Of a stretch of DNA of 64,000 nucleotides, positions 1-12,171 are shown in pieces. The stretch is from the NCBI GenBank assembly GCA_054600435.1, contig BAAIJX010000003.1:124001-188000 (forward strand), written 5' to 3'. Position 1 is the stretch's first letter. Each line of letters starts with the position of its first letter. Position numbers and translations under genes: made by a program. Origin of the DNA: Neophaeotheca triangularis. Lineage: Eukaryota. The notes under the pieces were generated by a model. It saw only the letters and a list, made by a program, of their open reading frames with translations, had not been told where the DNA came from and made no database searches.

Positions 1-608
1 GCAACTCAACAGCTGGATGAAGGAGAGCAAGATTAGCAAATTGGTGATTGTCATCACGAGCAAGGAGACTGGGGAGAATGTGGAAAGATGGCAGTTTGAT
101 GTGAGTGGAGCTGTACAACGAGGCTAAGATTATGGGGGCACAGAGCGCAAGCTAACGGACGCCCGTCTAGGTCAACATCTTCAACGACTTGTCAAAACGC
201 AAGGCCTCCGGCACAGGCGACAAAGAGAACAGCGCACCGACCGAACAACAACAAGCTCCACCACCGAGCGAGCAGGAAGAAGAAAAGTCCGAAGCCGAGA
301 TCCAAGCAGACATTCAAGCGCTGTTCCGGCAAATCACCGCCTCCGTCACTTTTCTCCCAATGCTCGACGGCAATTGCACTTTCAACGTGCTGGTGTACGC
401 AGACGAGGACAGTGACGTGCCGTTGGAATGGGGCGACAGCGATGCCAAAGAAGTCAAAAATGCCGAGAAGGTGATGCTGAGGAGCTTTTCGACAAACAGC
501 CATCGTATCGATACTGTGGTCAGCTACAGGTGAGTTATGCGTTCGCTGCGTTTGAGGGTTGTGGAAGCCGGACGGAAAACTGACCTTTGCTGCAGGCTCG
601 CCGACTGA
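1..608 (+). CDS. MAD2: Mitotic spindle checkpoint protein Mad2 (HORMA domain), 5'-truncated by the window edge
   Basis: Exons <1..100, 171..529, 596..608. Introns 101-170 and 530-595 are GTGAGT...AG with CTAAC/CTGAC branch points. Translation includes SKLVIVITSKETGENVERWQFD, IQALFRQITASVTFLP, FNVLVY, LRSFSTNSHRIDTVVSYRLAD*, all typical Mad2 motifs. Confidence 0.95.
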
Positions 609-3553
609 GGTTGTGCTTTCATTCTCGTAGCATTTTACTTTCTATTAGGGCTGTTGGGGGCTTTCTGATGGTGTTTGGGAGATTGGCCAAGGCGTGCAAA
701 ATGGCGGGACAACAGGGCAGGCTCACATTTGCAGCCGGTAACGTAGGAATTCTGAATATGGCGCAGTTTGGGGTTTTACAGCGGACGATAGTTGACACCG
801 TATTTTTGGGGTCTCCTTTACAGCAATGCTCGTAACACGTTTGATACCACACGCACTGTCAGTTTCACACACAAGCACTTTTGAACTAGACGGATTAATT
901 TTGTTGTTTTCGCCTGCGGTGTTTGAAGCGATAAGATGAGCTGACCTTGTCCGAGAGCCGTGCCCTCCTCGAGTCTTGCAAATTGCGCCTACATCTTCTG
1001 GACCTCTTCTCGACCTTACCTCATTCTAACATTCGCAGAACACTAAAATTTTCCATCCATCCCGCAGGCCATGGATGGCATCAGAGCACCGTCTCGCTCG
1101 GAGTGAATTCGCCCCGGTCCAAAAACCCGCTCGTATCTACCGTAGGGAAACCACCTTGGACCCCATTCGAGCCCGGCAGGGCATTGGACTCGCGCATTTC
1201 GCAGCGTCGCAGTTGACCCGCGCGGCTTGTTTGCCCTCCACGACAGGTGTAAAGGTGAGCCGGGGTCGTGTCCTTGAAACTGCTAGTGAGTGCCTCCCGT
1301 CCACGGTCTAGTGGAGGCTGTGATTGCGACCATCAATCGGCTGCTGGCTCTCGGCCGTCGCCTGAGATTTCGATGGGTTTCTTCGACGTCGCAGAGCTGG
1401 AATTTGCCTCGAAGGTTGACCAGTCTCGTCCGTTGGAAGCTGGGCTGACCTTTCCTCGAGCTCCTGGATGCGCTCGTCCAAGTCTCGGTCTAGTAAGGAA
1501 CAAGTCGACAGCCGCAGCCCTTTCTTCCTTGGGGCAGCAAGCACAGCACATGATTCCAAGGGCTCGCGATGGTCCGGATACTCAGACCCCGCTGCAGTAT
1601 GAACGATAGCATCGCATTGCTCGAGTCTAGCCAGCGAGATGCTGACCTTTTGCTACTCTCTCTCTCGGCAGTGAAGACTGGCGCTCTTCGCCTAATCTTT
1701 CTGGAACCGCTGACCAGGCCCGGCTTTTTGGAATTTCTTCACGGCATCAGGCGAGCGTTTCCATGGTACGGCAACGAGCGCGGTTCCGTCCGTTTGGATT
1801 TCAGATCGGTTCTTTGGAATTCGTCACTCAAATGCGGGGTGGCAGTGCCTGCCGGGCGCGTCTTGGATTGTTCTTTTTTCCTACCACTACCGATGATCGG
1901 CGAGGATTGTTGTCGAGGGGGAGATGTGGACTGAGTGCAGTTGAAGTGGTGTGCTGTTATTATCATTATGTTTATTATTATTGACACTGGGTTGATAGTT
2001 GAGGTCGAGCCTAGACGTATGTCGCACTTTAGGGTTCCTCGAGTGACGGGATTGAATGCTGAAGACCTCGGCTTGTGATTTTTCTGGGCAGAGTCCTCCG
2101 CCAGCCTTACGCCTTCTATCACTCAATAACTTATCAGCGGATGATTTTGGCTTTTCAACGAGCGGCCGACTTTACTACTGCTCCTTTAGAGGGTGGACGA
2201 CGGAAGCTACCGCATCATTCTGACTGCAAGATTATTACTGTCCACCGAACCGCAGAACGGGAAGATGTAATATGAATGAGAGTCGAACGGCCGAGATTGA
2301 TGGGTAAACCTTACCGGAGCTTTGTTGGCACGAACCTACCTCTACAGTGACAACTGCCTACCTTATCTTAAGTACAGTATCGCGGATCTACTAGGCAAAG
2401 AGGTGTCGATGGTACAGTAGTGACGTCTAGAGAAAGCAGGAGGGGATGTTCAACTCTTTTTAACAATTCGCAGCCATGCCATACTCACCTACACAGTCAA
2501 CACTACTGCTGTGTGTGCATAGCAACAAGAAGACGGACGATTTACGGGCGTCCGAGCATCTACGACATGACACGACCAAAAAAGGGCCTTCGCATGTCTT
2601 GCTCGGGCATGATGCGGTTTGGGCAGACTACCTACCTAGTGACGACCTTCGCCAGAGAGAGAGACGATGCAGCCGTCAAGTTCAAATCTTTACGGCGGTA
2701 GTATTCCGGTACTCTAATACTGCGGTGTTGTGATGTCGATGGCGGCTTGAATGACCAGAATAAAAGGCAACGAACGGTCGAGACATGCTACGCCACGAAA
2801 TCAGGGGTTGAGCCTCTCGTTCGGGAAGTGAGTAGTAAAGTCTGTGAATGAAAGAGTTTCTCGGTGCCAAAGATAGCAGAGAACGGGCACCAGCGGCGGG
2901 AAGCTGCCGGGGGGGACGAACCCAACGAGTCGCCCGTGAACATCTCCCGGACTTCTGACTTCTGAGACTTGGCTCAGTGAATAGTACTAGGTAGGTATGT
3001 AGGTACCTTACCCAACTGAATTTGCGTTTGAACGGCCAGCTCCACATGGCTTCCTCTTTCATCCTCATATCCATGCAACGCCGGGACTCCGAGCACATGC
3101 GCTACCGTGCCAGGTAAGAATTCAAAAACCAAATATCGGATTCGAACCGTGACTAATGTGGAGAATCTGCAGAAGCCTGCAGATTGCGGGTATCCTCGCA
3201 CGTTGCAGAGCTGTCGCTTTCGGCCGGGCATGTACAGTACCTACTACTCTCTACACGAACGAAGCCCGGGGATGGATCATTATTGTTACTGTTATTGTTA
3301 TTCTTGTCATAGCAACAAAGACCCGAGACACGCATACCATCAAGTGCCACTTCTTGTTACGAACATCGTTTCAGCAAGCCGACTGTGGGATATACAGTAT
3401 GGATACAAAACTTGCCGTCGCCCTTCTCGACCCGGCCAGATTCCAATTGTTGTTAACCCTGAAGAAGTTTTGAGACCAGACTTCCCGACTTCCCGCACTC
3501 GGCTTCCGCGGTCAGGGAACATGATTATGATTATTATTGACAATTGTGGCACA

Positions 3554-3554
<1 letters not shown>

Positions 3555-3587
<33 letters not shown>
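3555..3587. repeat. (CA)n microsatellite, followed by a (TCAAGAG)x3 tandem repeat at about 3611-3634
   Basis: Directly visible: cacacaca... run and tcaagagtcaagagtcaagagtcaa. Confidence 0.95.
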
Positions 3588-3590
<3 letters not shown>

Positions 3591-4656
3591 CACGCGGGTT
3601 GGGCAAATCCTCAAGAGTCAAGAGTCAAGAGTCAAAACGATAGATGATGGCCGGTCCCGAGGCCAGCGACCAAGCGTACCACGGAAATGCTCGCAGAACG
3701 GGCACCTGGTAGAGTACATTTTGTATCCCGCGAGCCTTGGTGGACATTAATATTACTTTGACGCTGCTGTGCGGTTACTTTACTAACCCATCGACTGACT
3801 GAATGAGAATCTTGCTGTGTCTTTGGAACATGCAGAGTGCATTCCCTGAGTAGGTGGTCGGCGACTCGGTCAGACTAAATGGTCCATCCCGTTAGCCATG
3901 GCGTTTTAAGACGAACGGCGTTCATTCAATAGCTTCCCGCACAGACGCCAACAACTAAAATACAGGTATAGGTACAGGTACAGTTACAGGCACAGGTACC
4001 GTTTCCTCATCAGGATAGACTTTGGAGCTTATCTTCCTCAAACTCAAAGCCCGACGAGGCCGGCCCACACGACATCACCCACAATTACTAGTACTGTCTC
4101 TTCTTTAGGACGGCTTCAACTCCATGCACCATGCGCCACCAATGACCATTATTCAGTAGACACTAGACACCCTCACACGAACTAGTCCTCCCTCAACACT
4201 GAACAAAGTAAAGGCCCGTGACGATCTATGAAGAACAAGCTCAAGCGGGTGAATGTAGTGAATCCGGTTGCCGTCCAGATCTTGCTCGCTTTGCTGCCAA
4301 ATCCAATCCCTACCTTAAGGTACAGTAATGTTAGTGCTCGCCCTTCTTAGGCACGGTAAATAGTATACCTCTCCACCACTCCTCTCTCTCCTCGTCTTTC
4401 CTTCGGCCACAGCTGTATCAACAGTCAGACCTTTGTGTCTGCATCCTTTCGTTTCACCCTTCGCATCAACAAACTAGACTTGATCAAGGGTTTCTCCATT
4501 CGCTACATTTACTCGCCCCACACACGCCGAACCAATACTAATACACCACCTCCTCGCCGTCCTTGATCCAACTCGCGCGAATCTTACTGCGAATCTTCTT
4601 CGATATACGCGCCAAATCAGACCTACTTAATTCGACTTGAAGTGGAAACTTCCATC

Positions 4657-7386
4657 ATGGGTCTCATCAGTTACTTCGCGCCTCAAAAGGCCAAGGCCAA
4701 GGCTGATGCGAAGAACGCCGTCACGGACAATGGTCCCGCCGGCGCCATGAACGAGAAGCCATTGGAGATGGTCAACTCACAAAGCCCGCACGGCGGCTCA
4801 ATCAACCTATCGCGGCCGGCCTCGTTGTACCCTACAGGTGACTTCCGGAATTCTCAAGCCGGCGAAATCAACGAAATCAAGTGCGATGTCATGGTCAACT
4901 GGCTTTACCAACAACAAATGGAGCGGTTATGGACCGCCGGTGGGCACGACGAGGGTGTCGTTCTCAAGAAGGCTCGTGGCGCCTACACTTGCTGCCCAGC
5001 AGACCTCGTCGGTGAGCCTTTTGGCTTCTTCAAGGCCATTGAGACGCTCAACGTCAAGGTACGTTTAAATTGCGGTCTGTAGTAGAGGCATACAATGCTG
5101 ACCACCTTCTAGTCTGCCATGACCGTCAACACTCGCGTTATCAAGCTCTTCCTTCACAACAACGACAAGCCTTATGTCCCGCTCCAAAACGGTCTCCGTT
5201 TACAAGTGCTTCCCGACATGTCGTATTTGCCGCGCTGCCAAAAGCATCACTTTGCTGCTTTCGTCGCTGACCGTGGCATATTGGTCGTCTGGGATGACGA
5301 GCCCCGCCACCTTCTGGACCGTGCTGCGAAGATCGAACAAGCGCTGATGCAACTAATCTGGGACAAGCCCCTCGGGGAGCAAGAGGACGACGAAAAGAAG
5401 GAGCCTGGCGTCGAGGTTGACGAGGTCGCCGCTGAACAAGCCGACATTGAGGCCGCATACACCCAGGCGCCCCGCAAGCTCGTCCTCTGGCTGCCCATCA
5501 TCTCCGCTTGCACACTATGCTTGTGTATTGTCGCCATTGGATCTGGTTGGCGATCAATTGCCATTGAGATTTGGTATGACAGCTACTATCTGCGTGTGCT
5601 TTTCGTTCTGGCTTTCATCCCCCAGGCATGGCTCTCGCTCTTCTTCTTCCAGGCCCTCACCGGTAACATCGCTCAGCTTATTGGACCTGTCAAGCAAATG
5701 GAGGAAAACACCAAATTCTACTCCGGCATCAAGCCAAAGAGGCTTCGAGCCGATGTCTCCACTCTCCCCCACATCACCATCCAGGCTCCTGTTTACAAGG
5801 AAGGTCTCTACAGCGTTATTGAGCCCACTGTCCGCTCGTTGAAAGCCGCCATCTCCACCTACGAAATGCAAGGAGGCACTGCCAACATCTTTGTCAACGA
5901 CGACGGTATGCAACTCCTTCCTGAAGAGGAGGCCCGCCAGCGCCAGGACTTTTACGACGAGCACAACATTGGATGGGTTGCACGACCAAAGCACAACCCA
6001 AAGCCCGCAGACGGTTCCCCGGGCTTCAACCGTCGTGGAAAGTTCAAGAAGGCCTCGAACATGAACTACTCGATGATGGTCAGCAACCGAGTTGAAGAGA
6101 GGCTCTTGACTGTCGAAAGGCACGAAGGCTGGACGCAAGAAGACGAGGCCGACGCTTACAAGAACGCCCTCACCGAGATTGTCGAAGAAGATGAGGGTCG
6201 CACTTGGGCCGATGGCAACATCCGCATCGGCGACTACATCCTGCTCATTGACTCCGACACCCGTGTCCCCACCGATTGTTTCCTGGATGCCGTTTCCGAG
6301 ATGGAGCAATCCCCCCAGGTCGCAATCATCCAATACTCGTCGGGTGTCATGAACGTCACCAACAGCTTTTTCGAACGGGGAATCACCTTCTTCACCAACC
6401 TCATCTACACGCAAATTCGTTACGCCGTCGCCAACGGTGACGTCGCGCCCTTTGTCGGCCACAATGCCGTGATGCGCTGGGCGGCCATGCAGGAGATTGC
6501 TTACGATTGCGAAGATGACGGCTATGAGAAGTTCTGGTCCGAGGCTACTGTGTCTGAGGACTTTGACATGGCTCTGCGACTCCAGACTTCTGGCTACCTT
6601 GTGCGTCTCGCGGCATACCAAGGCGACGGTTTCAAGGAAGGTGTCTCCCTCACAGTCTACGACGAGTTGGCGCGTTGGGAGAAGTACGCGTACGGTTGCA
6701 ACGAGCTCATCTTCCACCCGCTTCGCTACTGGTTCACCCGCGGCCCCTTCACCAAGCTCTTCCGCAACTTCATCACTTCCTGCATGCCTCTGCCTTCCAA
6801 GTTGACCATTCTCGCTTACATTGGCACCTACTACGCTCTCGGATCCGCTTGGGTTTTGACTCTAGCAAACTACTTTTTGACAGGATGGCTCAACGGGCAT
6901 CTCGACCACTACTACCTGGACAGTTTCAAGGTCTACTTCGCCATCATCATCGTCTTCACAGCCCTGGGCAACATCGCGCTCGCCGTCCTCCGCTACCGCA
7001 TCTCCGAAGGCGGCATCCTGCGGTGCCTGCTAGAAAACTTCACCTGGGTGCCACTCCTGACCATCTTCCTCGGCGGCATCAGTCTACACGTCTCCCAAGC
7101 CCTGCTGTCGCACATGTTCGGCATCGACATGTCCTGGGGCGCGACGAGCAAGGAAGAGACGCAAACGACCTTTTTCAAAGAAGTGCCCAAGGTCATCAAG
7201 TCGTTCAAATTCACCTTCATCTTCTGCATCGCCGCCACCGTCATGATGATCTGCATGGCCACCATTGCGCCCTACTTCTGGAAGATCGACCTCTTCATCT
7301 CCATCTGGCCCCTCGGCACTATCGTCTTCAGCCACTTCTTCCTCCCCATCGCCCTCAACCCGAACCTCATGCTGTTCACCTGGTAG
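4657..7386 (+). CDS. Integral-membrane processive glycosyltransferase family 2 (Glyco_trans_2_3-type) protein, about 890 aa
   Basis: join(4657..5058,5113..7386); intron GTACGT...GCTGAC...TAG joins the 146-aa and 755-aa ORFs in frame. GT2 motifs: PVYKE, NDDG, KKASNMN, IDSD, FVGHN, SED. Two hydrophobic helices precede the catalytic domain and several follow it. Confidence 0.9.
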
Positions 7387-7528
7387 AGAGCACTGGCTTT
7401 GCTTTTGTTTTTTCGCAATTGCGCGGGATAGGAATATTCCCTTAATATATTTCCCTCCCTTTTTATTTCATTTTCATGTTACATGGTGACACGTGGTTTG
7501 CGATACCCGGAGACTTGCCACACGATCG

Positions 7529-8570
7529 TTTTTTTTTTTTTTTGTTTTCATTTTTAATAGCGTACACGACTTGCGAGAATGTCTATATCGGGCAGACAGG
7601 ACAGGACAGGACAGGATAGGATAGGACAGAACAAACCACCATAGATAAGATTTCAACGCTCGCTATTTATCAAAGAACACCACACCCTTTTTCTTCTTTC
7701 AATAACGAGAATAGGAACAGGGAATGAGAACAAGACTACAAAAACTTCTAGCGTCTAGAGTCCACCCAGCTCTGAGCGCGCACTCTCTACTGTCGCGAAG
7801 CTAGCAAGTCTCTACTAGCACTCACTCACTTACTTACTTACTCACGCACTCACTCACTCACTTATAGGAACCCTTTGCCTACAGCAAAGCAGTAAGGTGG
7901 GAGCGTTGAGCTGTAGACCGGGAAGCGCGGGCGCATGTTGTGCTTTTTTTCTTTTTTGTTTTTTGTTTTTTGCTAGAGTAGAGTAGAGGAGAGTAGAGGA
8001 GAATAGAGTAGAGTGATAAAAACGTCCCTGTCACGGCGGGCTTATGAAAAAAGGCGTGAGTAGTGTTCGCGACTTAGCTTACCTAGCCAGGTACCGTACC
8101 TACTGTAGGTGATGGTTTTTTCATCATGTTGGCTTAGGTAGGTAGGTATGTAGTGATAACGCAACAACTTTTGCGACTTCTTGAATCTCAGCCGGTGTGT
8201 TTTTTTTTTTTTTCTTAATTACTAGTAGGTAGGTTTATGTACACACCCACCTATCCACCTGACCTTCGGCCGCAAGCCGCTACGTATTAGCCACGGTCGT
8301 CAGCAATTCACGTCTTTCCGCCGTAGTAAAAAAAAAAAAGGTATACAACAATAGCAGACTTAACTGTTCAGCTCCTACCTACTACTACTTCCCGTCCCAT
8401 CTAATAAAAGTAAGTAACATCTAGGAGGTACAGCTCCCAGCGAGTCCGAGCTTAACCGTCTCAGGATAGACGGGGGACTTCGGGGCAGCGTGGGGGAATT
8501 TCTGGACTTCTAGCGTCGTCGAGGCTGGGGGCGTGACTTTGTTAGCTACATTAGGTATAGTAGGTAAGGT
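7529..8570. repeat. Simple-sequence-rich intergenic tract: poly-T/poly-A runs, (GACAG/GATAG)n, (CACT/TACT)n, (AGAGT/AGAGG)n, (TAGG)n
   Basis: Visible arrays at about 7595-7629, 7820-7862, 7975-8012 and 8135-8150, plus homopolymers at about 7529, 8200 and 8328. Confidence 0.85.
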
Positions 8571-9532
8571 TACGAACTTTGCTGTTCGTGCGAGCCTGTT
8601 GTGTTCCTAAGTTGTTTTGTGAGTCTTGGTTGCTGCCATCGGTTCGAGGAAGGCTGGATAGGGTGCTGCGCGGACGTGTCCGGATTCTGTGCGTGTGTAT
8701 GTATATGTATATGTGTAAGTACACATATATGCGGGAACGTCACGGATAAGGTACGTAAGGTTAAGGCTGCCCTGTCATCGTTTCGTCGTCGCCCTGGGGA
8801 CGATTTGCTTATGGGTGTAATAGTACGAGTCGTACACGCATGCTCTGGCACGGGGTTTGGAGGCGGAGGCGCAGGCAGAGGCTGGGCGAGGGGCGGGCGT
8901 TGACGAAGCTCTCCGAACCGAGCTGATTGACACGGGGGTTTGAGTGTCGCATTCACGGGTGTTCGTCGCTATGCATGCGTGCTACGTTCGTGACGATCGG
9001 GAGAGGCGAGGGCCGTACTCGTGGCCCTTGACGACGGGCGCTTTAGGGGTCGGGGGGTTGGGTTTCGATCGGATATCGCTGCGTTCGATCCAAAGAAATG
9101 GGGGTAAGTCAGAATGATAGGGTCTTTTGGGCTCGTGGATGGGGTAAGGGCATCTTTCATGAGATTGGAGCTGCAGGCGCACCGCATATTCTGCAATGAG
9201 CCGGATCGCCGTTTTGAGAATGAATTCGTGTGATAGCGCCTCGCCTTGGACTACGTTATGACCCATGCAAAGATTGCTTTGGCTGACAAGACATGCAGAG
9301 TTTGTTGCTTGAGCGACTGGGTAAAGGTGACGGATCGGTGAAGACAAGACTTTTCCCCGTACGTTAGTCAAGAGGGAGTGGGGGGGTTCTTGGTTTTGGT
9401 CTTTGACACGAGCTGCGTGAAGGTCTGATGAGCACGACCCACTCAACGACACCGAGGGTTGGCGCAACATTCCGACTTCTCACGCGAAAGCTATGGATAC
9501 ATACCAATATACATACATGGAGCCTAGACTCT

Positions 9533-10297
9533 TCACCATCGATACCGCGTTCGATAGCGATCGCCACGAAGTTCGGGCGGCAAGTCGATGGGAGCAAAAG
9601 GATTGCGCGAACCCACAAAGCCCTCACGCCCACCACTGGGCGGTGGAAAAGGCATTCCCCCCGCCTCCAGATCAAGAACAGGCTGAAAAGTCGCCGTCGG
9701 CTTCTCGAGACCGAAATACTCGCTCGCGGCAATGACGGCAGCGAGGAAACCACAAGCGGTAATGATCCAGCTCGCGATGGAGAAACCTGTGCTGAAATCG
9801 TTCTCCATGACGAACCCATAAGCGAGAGCGATAGCCAAGCTCGAGAGCACTGCTAGCAAGAGACCGATGTAGATTTTGATGCTGTCGAAAGTCTCCTTGA
9901 TCTCGAGGTCGAGGACGCTGCCTTGGAGGATTAGGCTGTCGAGTTTGTTGGCCCAGTGGCTGTTCTTGGCGTTGGGGTGTCGGAGCTGGTACATGAATAT
10001 GCTGCGGGAGTCTGGGTCGTCCAAGGGCGTGATGGGGACGCGGTCGGCGACCATCCACTTGTGCGTCTTGGGTGTGAGGTTCATGGCGCGGTATTGGAGG
10101 ATGTATACAAAGGCGATTGTTTTGAAAGCGATGAGTTTCTGGAGGAAGCTGACTTTTTCCGTTTTGAGGCTGCTATATGAGGGATTTAGGTGTTTGGCGA
10201 AATCGTCGTCGTTCCAGGTGGATTGCTTGTATAGAAATGGCGCACTTTTGAGTCTTTGGCCACGTCGTGTTACTACGAGTCGTATTGTTACGGTCAT
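9533..10297 (-). CDS. Hypothetical membrane protein with two C-terminal TM helices; 5' end uncertain (possible upstream exon to about 10.5-10.8 kb)
   Basis: 254-aa ORF with coding-like composition and two hydrophobic segments (IYIGLLLAVLSSLAIALAYGFVM; GFSIASWIITACGFLAAVIAA). A GCTAAT branch point and AAG acceptor just upstream (about 10313-10327) suggest a further exon. Confidence 0.65.
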   Translation of the reverse strand: MTVTIRLVVTRRGQRLKSAPFLYKQSTWNDDDFAKHLNPSYSSLKTEKVSFLQKLIAFKTIAFVYILQYRAMNLTPKTHKWMVADRVPITPLDDPDSRSIFMYQLRHPNAKNSHWANKLDSLILQGSVLDLEIKETFDSIKIYIGLLLAVLSSLAIALAYGFVMENDFSTGFSIASWIITACGFLAAVIAASEYFGLEKPTATFQPVLDLEAGGMPFPPPSGGREGFVGSRNPFAPIDLPPELRGDRYRTRYRW

Positions 10298-12171
10298 TTG
10301 TTTGTCGCCGTCCTTGTCGTAATTAGCGGCTCGGGACCAAAGATGCTTTGATTTGCTCGCTTCTTTGGGAGACCTTGCGGCTCGTAGCCATAGGTCTTGC
10401 GGAGCGTAGCGACCTGGTCTGCATTGTGCGTGTTGGGAACTCTGGCCATGAAGAGGACGTGGAGGGGCGCCCGATGGAACGGAAGACTGCTGAGCATAGT
10501 CTGCGCCATAGCTTTGCGGCCTCGGTACTCCTTGAATGCCAGCTTCACTCGGCGCCGAAGGAAATGCCGCTGAACTAGGCGCTGCTCCTGTGGGCTGTTG
10601 CTTCCATACTCCTCTGGCGGTGGTAGAGGTGCAGGCACAAAGGAGTAAGTGCGGCCACCGTAATAGTCATCAAGAGCATCGTCAGAGTCCTGGTCTTGGG
10701 TGGTCGGCTTCGAGTCGTTCGCTCTGCCCCTTGAAGCATGTCCGAGGGCCGTCTCTTGTCCGCGATGAATATGAGGTTATCCGAGTTCCTCATTCTCAAA
10801 CACAAACACTCCCACGCGGTCTCGCCTGCGGTGTCTGTGATTGCTGCCTCTTTTGACCCTTACGCTGGGCCTTGGGACAGAAGGTTTAGTTTTCTGCGAC
10901 GGTGAAGAATCGGATCCACTTTTACCTCCCGACATGACTGTGAAGTTTGGAAGTGCTCGACTTTTGACTTTATATCTAGTTGCTGTGGCCTATTTAATCG
11001 AGGTAGTTTCAGTACTTAGTAGGCAGAAAAGACTCAGCTGCAATCGACTGCCTCGCCCTGAACCCCACCAACATGCCCCGATGAGCTCGCTAAAGATTTG
11101 GTGGCGTCTACAGCATGACCTACCCAGCAGAGACAGACATACAATAATGGCCCGGGGGTGCGCTCGTAACTTCCTGCGCCAGCTGATGGATGGCGAAGGA
11201 TCGGGTACCGACCTTTGTTAGTGATTGAATGTCGGCGAAATCCATGTCAGATGCGCCTCAGATTTATAGGTGTATGGGCATATGCGAGCACGGGAGCAGG
11301 TATATAGGTAGGTAGCCCTGTCCTGAATGGGCAAGTTGACAGGGACCAAAGACGTCGGGTGTTGCCTGGATTCTGATGACTTGACAACTTGACTGAGGTG
11401 GCTTTGGGAGTCATCGAGGACCCGTGGACCCGTGGTAGAGCTCTCGGCTACGCATGCTACCTTAAATAAGCTGACAAGATTGATTACGAACTTGCCAAAA
11501 GTCCTAGTCACTTGTAGTCATATCGCGACAGTTCTGGTAAGAGAGAACATTGTGTATTGCTTACAATGGGCTCGTCGTTGGTATGAGTGCTCTGTCGACG
11601 AGGTTGATTGAACGTAAGTGAGAATTCCAATCATCTCTGGTGGGTATACCACTTGGACGATCACGCCGCAAGAGAGGAACGAACCAACAGAATTGTCCGA
11701 GCAAGGGCTGCCTTGGTTGATCCCTCGACTTATGGTCATGACAATACCCAACACAACCCAGGTGCGGTGATTCAAAACGGCTTAGTCCCGTCGTCCTTCG
11801 GTGACCCCCAATGGTCCAGCGGCAGCAACTATAGGTACTTGTACTTGCAGGCCCAGGGCTTGCATGCTGGGTGAGTAAGAGTCAAGGCAGTAATCAGTCT
11901 CAATGCTTGATGCTTGATGCTCCCTCCGCATTTTCTACCCAATAACTCGACCGTCTCATCTTTGTTCGACCTCTCTGCGTGTGGACTACCAAGTTACATC
12001 AAAAAGCTCGATCCGACCAACGTTGGGCAGACAAGACATTACAGCCAGGGCACTGGCAAGAGTCCGTCAAAAGGCGACAGTAAGCAGTGACGCGGTCGTG
12101 AGATCGGGTCAAACAGATCCAATACCATATATCACTTTTCCCAACTCAACTCCCACTTATTCGAGCCCCCA

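Noticed and set aside
947..2275. Several short ORFs, including a coiled-coil-like LDERIQELEERSAQL on the minus strand
   Set aside because: No coherent spliced model or family motif could be built; at most a decayed gene.
3107..3750. ORFs with HTHTHT / VCVCVC tracts
   Set aside because: Artefacts of the (CA)n microsatellite.
5554..6717. 387-aa antisense ORF, and similar long antisense or alternative-frame ORFs over the amylase (17307-18302), SPT6, MRC1 and ALDH
   Set aside because: These are shadows of strongly codon-biased real genes; no recognisable motifs.
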